IMG/VR virus record: IMGVR_UViG_3300035698_029839
Span: 124,001 to 188,000 of that record
Strand: one strand, 5' to 3'
DNA: 64,000 bases
The notes under the pieces are model-generated. The model was not told where the DNA came from and did not search any database. It saw only the letters and a program-made list of their open reading frames with translations. Below, piece by piece: positions 39,766 to 50,849 of the stretch. The translations under genes were made by a program, and so were the position numbers. Within the stretch, counting starts at the first letter, position 1; each line of letters opens with the position of its first letter.

Positions 39766-40785
39766 ATGTGGTTAACAAGAAAACAATTTAGAGAAGGAGT
39801 ATTTAAGAGAGATAACAATCTATGTGTTATCTGCGAAGAATTTGCGGACGCAGCTCATCATATTCTGGAGAGAAAATTGTGGGGAGAATCTCAAGGATAT
39901 ACATTAAATAATGGTGCTTCCTTGTGCCCTAAACATCATATAGAAGCAGAACAAACAGTTTTAAGTTGTGAAGAGATAAGAGAAGATGCAGGAATAACAG
40001 AAGTTATATTACCTGAACATCTATATAAAGATAATACTTATGATAAATGGAGTAATATTATACTTCCTGATGGCAGAAGAGTTAAAGGGGAATTATTCTT
40101 TGACGAATCTGTTCAGAAAATATTGAAAGATGGAGGAGTTTTAGGAGAATTTTGTAAATATATAAAGTATCCGAGAACGATGCATTTATCTTTTAGTCAA
40201 AAAGTTACAGATGATGATAGAATATTGAAAAATGAAGATCAATTTCTGAATAAGAGAGTAATTATTAGTGAAAAACTTGATGGAGAATCATCTTCTTTGT
40301 ATAATGACTACATGCATGCTCGTTCCATTGACGGTCAAAATCATATTTCAAGAAATTGGTTAAAGAATTTTCATAGCAAAATGGGATATAATATTCCTGA
40401 AGAATGGAGAGTGTGTGGTGAAAATATGTTTGCTAAACATACTGTTTATTATGAAAATTTAGAAACTTATTTTTATGTATTTTCAATATGGAATGAAAGA
40501 AATGAGTGTTTAAGCTGGAGTGATACTATAATATGGGCAGAGCTTTTAGAACTTAATTTAGTTCCTGTTTTGTTTGATGGGATTTGGAACGAGGAAATAA
40601 TAAAAGAATTTTGTAAAGACGATAAGAGAGAAGGTTTTGTGGTTAGGATCGCAGATAGTTTTTCTTATGGAGATTTTAGAAAATCTATAGCAAAATTTGT
40701 TAATCCTAAATTTAAAAATAAGTTAAAAGAAGAGGACACTTATCACTGGAGGTATAGTGCTATTACTCCAAATAAGCTAAAATAG
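39766..40785 (+). CDS. HNH domain fused to ATP-dependent RNA ligase
   Basis: RD...CVIC..HHI..NGASLCPKHH; KYPRT.HL, EKLDGE, GE, EGFVVR, AKFV. Confidence 0.85.
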   Translation: MWLTRKQFREGVFKRDNNLCVICEEFADAAHHILERKLWGESQGYTLNNGASLCPKHHIEAEQTVLSCEEIREDAGITEVILPEHLYKDNTYDKWSNIILPDGRRVKGELFFDESVQKILKDGGVLGEFCKYIKYPRTMHLSFSQKVTDDDRILKNEDQFLNKRVIISEKLDGESSSLYNDYMHARSIDGQNHISRNWLKNFHSKMGYNIPEEWRVCGENMFAKHTVYYENLETYFYVFSIWNERNECLSWSDTIIWAELLELNLVPVLFDGIWNEEIIKEFCKDDKREGFVVRIADSFSYGDFRKSIAKFVNPKFKNKLKEEDTYHWRYSAITPNKLK

Positions 40786-41320
40786 AAAAGGTAGTCTGTA
40801 TAGGGGCTTATGCCAATAAATCAAGGCAAAATGATTAAAGTAATTATGGAATTGGAGTTAGTATTTCCTTATAGGTTATCAATGGGGGTGTTGGTGGAAT
40901 TTTGTTATTTGTGGGATACTCTTCTTGTTAAGGGTGGAACAAAGAAATTAAAATCTATTATTTCTATGCCTGGTCATCATTTTAAAAAGATTTTTGGGAC
41001 TAATCCTAGAGAAAGAGAATTTTCTATTCCCAGTGGTATGGAAAAATTTATAAGTAAAATAACAGTTAAAAAGATATTGATTAAAGGAGAGTAAGATTTT
41101 TATTATTTTAGAGGAGTATGGAGTGTTTATAATAATGATATTGACTATAAATCATATCATTATTCAGGAAGAATAGATAAGAGAAATGGCAATTTAAATA
41201 AAGATACTTATATTGTAAAAATATATAAAATAAAAAGTATAAAAAAATTAAGAAAAAAAGCATTTTTTAATATAAAGGAATCTTTGAATGATTAATTTGC
41301 AAGGAGATAATAAAATAGTT

Positions 41321-41893
41321 ATGGGGAGTAAAAAGAATAATGGCCTTCGTTGTGCTTTGGATCTTGATGGGTGCATCGCGTACTGGGAAAAATCTGCAGC
41401 AAGAACTTGCGATATTGATTATGAGGATAAGGAGATAAGAGAAGCTATTAAAAATGGTAAAAGATTAGAGAAATTTGTAGGTGGAGATCCGAAGATGTGG
41501 AAAATGATCGATGCTGAAGGTGAGAAGTGGTGGGAGAATCTCGAGAAACTTCCATGGGCAGATGATCTTATTGAACTCCTAAAGGCAGAAACAAAAGATT
41601 TCTTTTTCTTAAGCTCTCCTTCTAAAAGCCCTATTTGTTATTCAGGAAAAATAAAATGGGTATTGAAAAACTATCCTAAAATGGATAGGAATCTATTCCT
41701 TGGGTGTAAGAAACATCTTTTTGCTAATCCTAATATTCTCCTAGTAGATGATACCGAAAAGAAAGTTAAAGAGTTTAGAGAGTATGGAGGACATGTTTTT
41801 AAATGGCCTTGTCCTCTCAGTATCATAGATGGAGATGTTGAGATAGAAGATGTTTTTCAGGATCTTAAAGATTATATAAAAGAAATAAAATGA
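41321..41893 (+). CDS. HAD 5'(3')-deoxyribonucleotidase-like
   Basis: DLDG, LSSP, GK..W, LVDD; ATG 41321 after AGGAG. Confidence 0.8.
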   Translation: MGSKKNNGLRCALDLDGCIAYWEKSAARTCDIDYEDKEIREAIKNGKRLEKFVGGDPKMWKMIDAEGEKWWENLEKLPWADDLIELLKAETKDFFFLSSPSKSPICYSGKIKWVLKNYPKMDRNLFLGCKKHLFANPNILLVDDTEKKVKEFREYGGHVFKWPCPLSIIDGDVEIEDVFQDLKDYIKEIK

Positions 41894-42198
41894 AATATGT
41901 AATTACTGGAAAATCGGATTCTTATTGGATTTATCTTAAGAATAATCAATATCATAATGGGGAACAAACAGTACACGCTCGAACAAAAAAGAGATTTGAT
42001 GAAATTGCAGAAAATGATACTATAGTGTTGCTAAATGGTTGGTGGGCCAGGAGTTGGGCAATAGATGCTATTAAAGAAATAACTAAGGCATATCCTACAA
42101 TCACTTTCGAATATCTCGATGGTCCATTTGGTGAAATTGAAAGAAAAAATTTGAAAAGTGAAAACATATCGAATAGATTTGATATATTAGATTTGTAA
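41890..42198 (+). CDS. hypothetical protein ending RFDILDL
   Basis: Shared tail. Confidence 0.65.
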   Translation: MKYVITGKSDSYWIYLKNNQYHNGEQTVHARTKKRFDEIAENDTIVLLNGWWARSWAIDAIKEITKAYPTITFEYLDGPFGEIERKNLKSENISNRFDILDL

Positions 42199-42212
42199 AT
42201 TTTTGAGTATGA

Positions 42213-42593
42213 ATGGCAAAAATAGATCCAAGATATGATAATGCAACAATCACCATTGGTGAAGACGGGCTTGAAAGAGTTACAGACTTTCAATTTATAG
42301 AAACTCATTTTGCTTCAGCATCTGCGCCTCCTCTGGTTTCCGTACCTGAAGAATTACCATCTTCTATATGTCCAGTTTGTGGAAGTCCTGATATTCAAAT
42401 AGTTAATGGTCATGGTTCTTGTAATGACTGCCAATCAGAAATGACCTACAGTGTAGAACTTACTTGTTCAACTTTGGCAGATATGGGTATTAGTAATCCA
42501 TGTGGTGAGATAAAAAAAGAAATACCTCCTGTTAAAAAATACAAAGATATAGTAAGTGATATAAATGACAGGTTTAAAATTTTAGATTTGTGA
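42213..42593 (+). CDS. zinc-ribbon protein ending RFKILDL
   Basis: CPVC..CNDC; shared tail. Confidence 0.65.
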   Translation: MAKIDPRYDNATITIGEDGLERVTDFQFIETHFASASAPPLVSVPEELPSSICPVCGSPDIQIVNGHGSCNDCQSEMTYSVELTCSTLADMGISNPCGEIKKEIPPVKKYKDIVSDINDRFKILDL

Positions 42594-42602
42594 GGTAATA
42601 AA

Positions 42603-42962
42603 ATGATAATAGCAATTATTCCATTAATACCAGTAGCATATGCTGCAGGAGGATTAGTTCTTGGGGGAGTTACTGGGTGGTTGAGAGGGAAGAGAAAAAA
42701 GAAAAAAGAACAAAAATTCCAAGAAGAGATATTAAAAGAGTTGCAGACTATAAAGAAAACACAAAAAAAACAAGAAAAAGATATTAAAGAAGTTAAAGAT
42801 AATACAGCAGTAGAGGAAGATGATGAGGAATTAGATAATACTCCCGTTCCTCTGCCTACTAGTTCTGTTCCAGACAAAGTTTTAAACAAAGTAAAAAAAT
42901 CTAAAAAAGACGATATTATTGAATGTGGTGGGGATGAAAGATTTGATATATTGGATCTTTAG
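42603..42962 (+). CDS. membrane-anchored protein ending RFDILDL
   Basis: Hydrophobic N-terminus, basic stretch, shared tail. Confidence 0.65.
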   Translation: MIIAIIPLIPVAYAAGGLVLGGVTGWLRGKRKKKKEQKFQEEILKELQTIKKTQKKQEKDIKEVKDNTAVEEDDEELDNTPVPLPTSSVPDKVLNKVKKSKKDDIIECGGDERFDILDL

Positions 42963-42988
42963 AATTGATATTATAAGGAGAATTAAAA

Positions 42989-43312
42989 ATGTTAAAAGAG
43001 CTTACTGATGCTAATTTTCAACAGGAAGTCACAGAAGAAGCAGGCGTTATTCTTGTTGATTTTTATGCTCAATGGTGTGTACCTTGTAAAGCTATGACTA
43101 AAGCGGTAGAAGAATTAGATAATGAAGGTAATGGGAATGCTAAGATATGTAAGGCAGATATAGAAGAGAACAGCTCGGCTGTAAAAGATTTAAATATCAG
43201 TAGCGTTCCTTTTGTTGTCCTATATAAAGATGGGAAGATCGTTAATAAACATGTTGGACTTCGTTCCAAGCAGGACTTGCAGAAAGATATAGAAAAGGCT
43301 TGCAATGGATAA
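42989..43312 (+). CDS. trxA: thioredoxin
   Basis: VDFYAQWCVPCK, SVP. Confidence 0.9.
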   Translation: MLKELTDANFQQEVTEEAGVILVDFYAQWCVPCKAMTKAVEELDNEGNGNAKICKADIEENSSAVKDLNISSVPFVVLYKDGKIVNKHVGLRSKQDLQKDIEKACNG

Positions 43313-44301
43313 AGAAAGAAATATGTTTTGCGAAAAAGCTAGAATTATAGTTGCTAAAGAAATGAATATATCTCCCGATGATATAGATATGGAGTCTATT
43401 TTTAATTGTGCAGAAAGATCAGTAAGAAATCTTTGTCAAGAGATTTATCCAGAGTATAGGATTACCTGTAAGAACAAAAAAGAAGAAGAGGCAATCTTAA
43501 CTGTTCATGGAGCTAAAATTATTGAAAAAATGTTTGAAGAAGCTCCTCCATTTTTTAGTTGGATTTATGAGTATGAGGAATCATATATTCAATCTTTGTT
43601 AGAGGGGAAAAATTGATGGCTTATTTACACTGTCATTCATGTGATTTTTCCCAAGATGATTTTTGGGATTTTTCATTCGGGAAACATGGATATAAAAAAA
43701 TACTATTCTGGAGCTGGAAATACAATCCTATCAGTTGTTTTTTAAGTTATGTCTTCGGACAATCTAATTTTTCTTTTAGAGATGCTTTTATTATTCCTAG
43801 GAGAAGAGAATTCGGATCAGAAGTAATTGAGGAATTTGGGTGGAAAAGAACAGATCCTCATTCATGGTGGCTTATATATAATAGTTTTAAGCATATGATT
43901 GGAAAGTTTAAATATCAAAAGTATTGGACATATAAAAGCTGGGAAAAAGCAATTGAAAAAAATGGTGGAGATTGGCCTTGTTGCCATGAATGTGGAAAGA
44001 AGGAATTAGATATTGACTAATTTTGAGGAACTAAAAACAAGAATAATAATAGCTCAGTCTATTGGTCTGGCTCCTGATGATGTAGAGATGCTGGCTGAAG
44101 GGCTAAAAGAAGAATATAGTATTTATAGTTTTTATACTTTACACCATTTTAAAGAAAATCATATGTTATTGGGATTTGATAGTGTCCCCACTATATCTAA
44201 GGTTAGAGAACAGGTGAAGGATTTATATCTAATTATGGCAGAAATGGATTTTGATGAAGAAATGTTAAATTTAGATAAAGAAATGAAAGATGTTTAAAAT
44301 T

Positions 44302-44583
44302 TTAAATTTGATTGAATTGTTCTTTTCCAGAACTGTTAATATAATTTAATAATTTACCACCTGTAGAATCGAATACTCCTATTATCTTTATTTCATCAGA
44401 ATGAATTAATCGATGGCATTTAACACAAACACAGAGACAATTATCATTGGAATATTTTCCACCATCTTTTCCTTCAATTCCCCATCGATGAACATCTAGG
44501 AGCTTATACTCGGTTTCTCCACATATGTGACAGTGTTTGTTTTTTCTCTTGAAAATTTTTTTACTAATAAAAGGTATTTTCAT
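44302..44583 (-). CDS. small HNH endonuclease
   Basis: CHICG..LDVH..GGKYS.DN...CVKCH. Confidence 0.75.
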   Translation of the reverse strand: MKIPFISKKIFKRKNKHCHICGETEYKLLDVHRWGIEGKDGGKYSNDNCLCVCVKCHRLIHSDEIKIIGVFDSTGGKLLNYINSSGKEQFNQI

Positions 44584-44670
44584 TTTTTATACTTCAAAAG
44601 TGAAAGTAAATAATGTATATAGTATATAATCGAGTGAAAAAGAAATTAAGTTTAATTTAGGAGTTAAGTA

Positions 44671-45123
44671 ATGTCAGATTTTAATAGGGTTTTTTTGATC
44701 GGGAATTTCGCACAAGATCCAGAGCTAAAAGATATTGGTAGCAGCAATAAGGTAGCTAATTTTGTTATTGCTAGTAATAGAAATTGGACTGGGCCTGAAG
44801 GCGAGAAGGCAGAAGAAGTTTCATTTATTGATTGTGTCTCTTACGGAAAACGAGCCGAAACAATTGCTCAGTATTTTTCAAAAGGAAGAAAAATATTTAT
44901 TGAAGGCCGTTTGAAACAAGAGAAATGGATTGATAAGGAAACTAAAAAGTCACAAAGTAGGATCAGGGTCATTGTTGAAAGTTTTAATTTTATGGATAGC
45001 AAAAAAGAAAATGGTACTTGTAGTAGTACTTGTCCAGCAACAGGAGCTATTCCTGTGGTAGCAGGTAATGATATACCTATTGTTGATGCACCTGCTAAAG
45101 ACGGTGATTTCGAGATTATTTAG
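44671..45123 (+). CDS. ssb: single-stranded DNA-binding protein
   Basis: NRVFLIGN..DPE, KG..IFIEGRL, acidic tail DGDFEII. Confidence 0.93.
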   Translation: MSDFNRVFLIGNFAQDPELKDIGSSNKVANFVIASNRNWTGPEGEKAEEVSFIDCVSYGKRAETIAQYFSKGRKIFIEGRLKQEKWIDKETKKSQSRIRVIVESFNFMDSKKENGTCSSTCPATGAIPVVAGNDIPIVDAPAKDGDFEII

Positions 45124-45140
45124 ATGAAAGTTTTTTCATT

Positions 45141-46058
45141 ATGACTAAATTAAAAAAAATTAGGCTTAAAAATTACTGTGGTTATAGGGATTTTGAGTTA
45201 GATTTAACAGATGGTGATAATGTTAAAACATGGGCAATTTTCTACGGCCCTAATGGAAGCGGTAAAAGTAATTTCATTAGGGCAGTAGATTTACTAGCCA
45301 GACCTAAAGCCTTTTTGCAAAAAAAGAATACCTTAACATTCCGAAAACTTAAGTACCATCATGATTACATAGCTGGTGTAGAAACTATGTATAAAGAAAT
45401 TAATGATTTAATGATGGAGGGAGTATTCCTTGTTGATGGAGAACAAAAAAGAGTAATTCTTGAAGATAATATTAAGGGTGTTATTTATGCTGGAAGAACT
45501 GTTGATGAAGAAAAAGGAGAAATCAGCGGTATAAGACTGAATGAACTTGGACCTGATAAACAAGGGGTTATTTTTATAGATGCTGATAGCAGAAACATGA
45601 TGACTAAATTTCAGATTATTTCTTCTATGCAGGAACAATTTTGTGATTTTGCTAGAGAGGTATATGGATTTAACTGTTATTGTCCTTCAGGAGCGATAAG
45701 TTATGATCATGGGATAGAATACATATCAGATTTTGTGATAGAAAAATCTGATGGCACTAAAGTTCACTACAAAAGATTTTCTGATGGAGAGAAAAAAATA
45801 GCTACATTAATTTCTAGCCTATTCAAGAGAGCATATAATGATAGTCCTGATTATGAGGGAAAGGATATTCTTATTATAGACAACATTGAGATGCACATTT
45901 ATTTTAAAAGACATATGAAGTTAATGGAAAAGATGGAAGAATATTTCCCTACTAAACAGATTATAGCTACAACTCATTCTCCAGTTATTATCCAAAATTT
46001 TGAAAGTAAATATATGTATGATTTAGAAGAGTTGTTAAGGGAGAAGATTGTTGGATAA
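45141..46058 (+). CDS. ABC-type ATPase (AAA_21/SMC-like)
   Basis: GPNGSGKS, FSDGEKK, IIDNIEMH, TTHSP. Confidence 0.85.
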   Translation: MTKLKKIRLKNYCGYRDFELDLTDGDNVKTWAIFYGPNGSGKSNFIRAVDLLARPKAFLQKKNTLTFRKLKYHHDYIAGVETMYKEINDLMMEGVFLVDGEQKRVILEDNIKGVIYAGRTVDEEKGEISGIRLNELGPDKQGVIFIDADSRNMMTKFQIISSMQEQFCDFAREVYGFNCYCPSGAISYDHGIEYISDFVIEKSDGTKVHYKRFSDGEKKIATLISSLFKRAYNDSPDYEGKDILIIDNIEMHIYFKRHMKLMEKMEEYFPTKQIIATTHSPVIIQNFESKYMYDLEELLREKIVG

Positions 46059-46395
46059 AATTTGCGTTGTTGATTTTGATGGGACAATATGCGAATTTGC
46101 ATTTCCCGAAATGGGGGAACCAAAGAAGGGGGTAAAAGAAGCATTAACAAAAATAAGAGAGATGGGTTATGAAATCCATATTTTCTCTTGCAGGACTAAT
46201 GTTGAATTATTTAAACATCCTATTGATAGACAAGAGCAAGTTAGAGAGATGAAAAAATATATGGACAAATTTGAGATTCCATATGATCAAATTTTAAATA
46301 AAGATAAACCCTTAGGTCATATTTATATAGATGATAGGGCCATAGGATTTAGAGATGACTGGGAAAAAGCTGTTGAAGAAATGAGGGAATTATGA
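46048..46395 (+). CDS. HAD-superfamily phosphatase
   Basis: VDFDGTI, FSCR, KP...YIDDRA. Confidence 0.85.
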   Translation: MLDKICVVDFDGTICEFAFPEMGEPKKGVKEALTKIREMGYEIHIFSCRTNVELFKHPIDRQEQVREMKKYMDKFEIPYDQILNKDKPLGHIYIDDRAIGFRDDWEKAVEEMREL

Positions 46396-46951
46396 ACAGA
46401 GATTTAGACATATATATAGATGAACCTATTGACTCTGATTTTTTAGAAAGTATTAAAGGCATAACTTCAAATGATATTGTAAAGAAAATCAAATATCCAA
46501 ATCCATTACATACTTTTAAATATAATCTTGAATTAACTAATCAGTGTGTAAATACTGCAAGATTTATGATGGAGGGAGTTGGTTTTTCAGCTAAATATTG
46601 GTTGTGTACAGGTATGAAAACGTTGGATAATATTATTAAATATAATATGAAAGACGAGCATTATAATGAATTGATAAACATAAGTGGTAGAAAAGATGTT
46701 TTGTGTATGAGTGGTTTGCCATTGTTTTATTCAATTGAACATACTTTTGGAGACACTCTATTCTTGGTTTCTGATGTAAGAAAAATACGAGTTATAGTGA
46801 GTTGTTTTATGTGTGATTTGAAAGGTAAAGATGTTGGTGAAAAAACACCACCAAAGACTGCTGAACCAAGAAAAGCAAGAGTAAAGAAAGCTCCAAAAGC
46901 TCCATCATATCTGGACACTGTCGAAGATGACGATTGGGAGGATGATATATA

Positions 46952-47578
46952 ATGTTAAATAAAGAAAAAGCAGAAGTTGTTTTTAAAGAAGAATTAGAAT
47001 ATATAAAACATTCTGGTCTTAAAAATTTTACTCTTAAATGTTTTGAAGAGTTGACTCCAGATTATTTTTGGGAATTTACTGCTTCTTCAACTCAAACTCA
47101 TCATCCTAAAGTAAGTAATAAAAAACATGGTATAGTTTTACATACTAAATTATGTGTGTGGTGGGCTAGGAAATTAGCTGATAATTTTAATGTTAAAGAT
47201 TTGGACATAATAGTATCAGCGTTGCTTCTTCATGATCTACAAAAATTTGGTAAGACATTAGATAAGAATAATAAGCCCACCTTAGCAGAGTATACAGGAG
47301 CTCACGGTCCTGTTCTAGCTGTTCAAATGGAAAATATTTATGATAATACAAATATTAATGAGGAAGTTCAATATGATATTAATTCAATTGTTACCTGTGT
47401 GGCTCTACACATGGGGAGATTTACAAATAAATCTTTAGCTTTTTCATGGGGTAAAATGCCAAGAGATAAAGATGGGCAATTGGTAAATATTGTTCAGCTA
47501 GCAGATTATTGCGCATCAAGACAATCAGATAAAAAAATGGAAGAATTAGATAATTATATATTCCCAGGAGATCAGTAG
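46952..47578 (+). CDS. HD-domain hydrolase
   Basis: HH..G.VLHT, LLHDLQKFG, HG, HMG, LADY. Confidence 0.85.
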   Translation: MLNKEKAEVVFKEELEYIKHSGLKNFTLKCFEELTPDYFWEFTASSTQTHHPKVSNKKHGIVLHTKLCVWWARKLADNFNVKDLDIIVSALLLHDLQKFGKTLDKNNKPTLAEYTGAHGPVLAVQMENIYDNTNINEEVQYDINSIVTCVALHMGRFTNKSLAFSWGKMPRDKDGQLVNIVQLADYCASRQSDKKMEELDNYIFPGDQ

Positions 47579-48270
47579 TGGCATCAGTAATTTTAATAAT
47601 TGATTGGGAAAGTTATGCTGACGATAAAATTGAAGATGTTAGAGTAATGGAAAATGATGCAGGAGATGTTTGGATTTTCTCTTCGATGGAAGATGCCGAC
47701 GAATGGATAGAAGAAAATCATAAGATAGGTCAGGGTTATCATATAGCAGAATTGTAAATTTTTAGGAGTTAAAATGAGATTACCAAAACTACAAAAGGAT
47801 AAAAATTTTCTTATACAAACAAAGTATGCTGTAAGTAATATAGATAATATTGCTGGTGTTTTAACTTGTTTATCAGTAGAAGCTAAACGAAATGATTTAA
47901 CGTCTATGGCATATGTTTTGATGGAATTAGCTGATGGTTTGGGCGCATCGGCGGAAGAGATTGAAACTTTAATTAGATGTACAGAAAGGCAAAGAGAGAA
48001 TGAGCAAGAGCAAAATAAGAAGGATTAATCTTAGTAAGGAGAATAAACAATGTATATCAAATTAAAAGTATTAAGACCAGATGGTAAATTAAATGGAATA
48101 TTAGTTAATATAAATAATATATCTATTATTAGTGAGCATATAGAAACAAAAGAACGAGGAAATTATTTGGAAGATCTTTCAAAAATATGTATGATCGGTA
48201 GAGATTATTATATAATTGCTTGCAGTTTTTCAGATTTAGAAGAAAAATTATTAAATAGTTAATTTTATTA

Positions 48271-48298
48271 AAGGAGCTGGAAGGGAATATATCGAATA
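48271..48298 (+). promoter_or_regulatory. putative SigH-like promoter
   Basis: AAGGA-17nt-CGAATA. Confidence 0.45.
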
Positions 48299-48332
48299 TA
48301 AGTTATAACAGTATTTTAATAGGAGAAATGTT

Positions 48333-49172
48333 ATGATTTATACAAGAATATGCCCACAGTGTAAAGAAGAATTAACTTATAAATATAAATGTAGTTGGAA
48401 AAAAGCAGAAGAAGGGAATAAAATTTGTCTCCCTTGCACTCGTAAGAATTATTGCAATTCGGAAAGAGGCAGAAAAAAAATGGCTTCTACGTTGTGGAAG
48501 CCTCGATATGGTAAGGACAACCCATTTTATGGAAAGAAGCATTCTAAAAAAACAAAAAAGATACTTGCAGAAAAATGTCCTAACATTGGCAAAAATAATG
48601 GGATGTTTGGTAAAAATGTTTATGATGTTTGGACAGAAAAATACGGAGAGGAAGAAGCTAATAAAAAAATGTCTGAAGCGAAAGTTAAGTGGTCTAAGGC
48701 ATCAAGTGGTTCAAATAATCCTATGTATGGCAAACCTAGCCCTCAAGGATCTGGTAATGGATGGAGTGGATGGTATAAAGAATGGTATTTTAGAAGTTTA
48801 AAAGAATTGTCTTATGTTATTAATGTTTTGGAAAAAAATAATCTAAAATGGATATCTGCTGAAAAAAAGGAATTTACAATACCTTATAAAGATTGGGATG
48901 GAACTAATAGAACTTATCGAGCAGATTTTTTTGTTGAAAATAAAAAGTTAGTAGAAGTTAAACCTAATAGATTAAAACAAGCAATAACTAATAGATTAAA
49001 AACAAAAGCGGCTAAAAAGTTTTGTAAAGAAAATGGTTATGAGTATGAAATGGTAGAAGCTAAAAGATTAAAAGATGATCAAATTTTAGATTTGTATAAA
49101 AAGGGTTTGATAAAATTTATAGATAGATATGAAATAAAATTTAAAGAAAGATATTTAGATGGAAAAAAATAA
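48333..49172 (+). CDS. homing endonuclease (NUMOD3 repeats plus PD-(D/E)xK, TnsA-like)
   Basis: NPFYGKKHS, NPMYGK; RSLKE, YRADF, VEVKP. Confidence 0.8.
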   Translation: MIYTRICPQCKEELTYKYKCSWKKAEEGNKICLPCTRKNYCNSERGRKKMASTLWKPRYGKDNPFYGKKHSKKTKKILAEKCPNIGKNNGMFGKNVYDVWTEKYGEEEANKKMSEAKVKWSKASSGSNNPMYGKPSPQGSGNGWSGWYKEWYFRSLKELSYVINVLEKNNLKWISAEKKEFTIPYKDWDGTNRTYRADFFVENKKLVEVKPNRLKQAITNRLKTKAAKKFCKENGYEYEMVEAKRLKDDQILDLYKKGLIKFIDRYEIKFKERYLDGKK

Positions 49173-49713
49173 AAAAATTAGGCGTATCTGTCTTTTCGGA
49201 GGTGCTTCGTCAGGTAAGTCCATTACAGCAACAAATGTCAGAGCACAGTTAGGATTTAAGGGTTATGATATCGAACTTGTTGAAGAGGTAATTAAAGATT
49301 GGACTTATATTCCTCGTATTCCTAAAGACTGTGATAGTATTTATCTTCAAGCTTCTCAAATACAAAAAGAAGATATTAGATTGAGAGCAGGAGTAGATCT
49401 TATAGTGAGCGATTCTCCTCTTATGCTTCAATATTTTTATGCTTTTTATCATAATGTCCCCTTACAAAAAGCTATGTTATCAGCAGCTCTAGATTTTGAG
49501 AAAATATATCCTTCTTTGAATATTTTTATTGATAGAGAAGATAAATTTTATGATGAAGTAGGGAGATACGAGAAACTACCAGAAGCAAAAAGCATAGATA
49601 GATTAATAAGGGCCGTGTTGGCAGAAAATAAAATATCTTTTAGAAGTTTTTCTTGTTTGGATCAAGAAGGAATTGTTGATTATATTATTGAGAAATTGTC
49701 ATGCCAAAAATAG
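49159..49713 (+). CDS. P-loop kinase/ATPase (AAA_28/NadR-like)
   Basis: GGASSGKS, SDSPL, GRYE. Confidence 0.7.
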   Translation: MEKNKKIRRICLFGGASSGKSITATNVRAQLGFKGYDIELVEEVIKDWTYIPRIPKDCDSIYLQASQIQKEDIRLRAGVDLIVSDSPLMLQYFYAFYHNVPLQKAMLSAALDFEKIYPSLNIFIDREDKFYDEVGRYEKLPEAKSIDRLIRAVLAENKISFRSFSCLDQEGIVDYIIEKLSCQK

Positions 49714-50849
49714 AACTTATAGATAATGAAAAATTAAAAAAGCAATTTTTATTACTTAAGGGAGATTCTAAAGATGTCCTAAAAGATCTTCCTGAGAATT
49801 TCGTTCATACCGTAGTTACAAGTCCTCCTTATTGGCAGTTAAGAGATTATTTTGCTGATGATCAACTAGGTCAAGAAACTACTCCAGAAGAATATGTAGA
49901 AAATTTAGTTATTATATGTAGAGAAATAAAAAGAGTGCTCAGAAAAGATGGAACTTTCTGGCTCAATATGGGAGATGGCTATAATAATAGTTCTGGATTT
50001 GAAAGGACTACTGATTGGAAAAGAGATGGTAGAACAGGCGGTTCGTCTGATAAGAAATCTTTTAAGCATTCCGTTATAAAAGTAAAAGATCTTGTAGGTA
50101 TGCCGTGGAAAGTTGCTTTTGCTTTGCAAGCTGATGGGTGGTATTTACGTTGTGATATTATCTGGGAAAAAACAAATCCTATGCCAGACGGAGCTAAAGA
50201 TAGACCAACAAGAGGTCATGAATACATATTTCTATTAACTAAATCTCCACGATATTTTTATGATTATTATAGGGTATTAGAAGATACAGCAGAGCAACCA
50301 GAACAGATTCAAGGGTTTGGAGCAAATGAGCAATATGGGACTTATAGAATGGATCAAGAGAGAACATTTGAACATTATGGTAAAAGAAATAAAAGATCTG
50401 TATGGAGAACCTCTGTCTCTACTTTTAAAGGGAAACATTTTGCTACATACCCAGCTAAACTCATAGAGCCATGTATTAAAGCAAGTACATCTGAGAAGGG
50501 CTGTTGTGTAGATTGTGGAACTCCGTGGTCTCGTCTTTTTGAGAAAGAAAAGAAACCATCAGATAATAAGAAAGGATACACCTTAGAGTTGGTTGATAAG
50601 GGTTGGAAAAAAGGCTGTTCTTGCGAAACAGACGAAGTAAAAAAATGTATTGTGTTAGATCCTTTTAATGGTTCTGGGACTACGTGTAAGGTGACGTTAA
50701 AATATGATCAAGATTATATAGGAATAGATACTAACGAAGAGTATCTAGAAATTGCAAGACAAAATATAAAAGGTAGTAAAAAAGATACTGAAGATTCTCT
50801 TTCTATTACCGAGGCATCTACATTGGAGAGTTTTTTAAATGATAGTTGA
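49701..50849 (+). CDS. DNA amino-methyltransferase (beta class, N4-C/N6-A)
   Basis: TSPPYW, HFATYP, DPFNGSGTT. Confidence 0.92.
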   Translation: MPKIELIDNEKLKKQFLLLKGDSKDVLKDLPENFVHTVVTSPPYWQLRDYFADDQLGQETTPEEYVENLVIICREIKRVLRKDGTFWLNMGDGYNNSSGFERTTDWKRDGRTGGSSDKKSFKHSVIKVKDLVGMPWKVAFALQADGWYLRCDIIWEKTNPMPDGAKDRPTRGHEYIFLLTKSPRYFYDYYRVLEDTAEQPEQIQGFGANEQYGTYRMDQERTFEHYGKRNKRSVWRTSVSTFKGKHFATYPAKLIEPCIKASTSEKGCCVDCGTPWSRLFEKEKKPSDNKKGYTLELVDKGWKKGCSCETDEVKKCIVLDPFNGSGTTCKVTLKYDQDYIGIDTNEEYLEIARQNIKGSKKDTEDSLSITEASTLESFLNDS

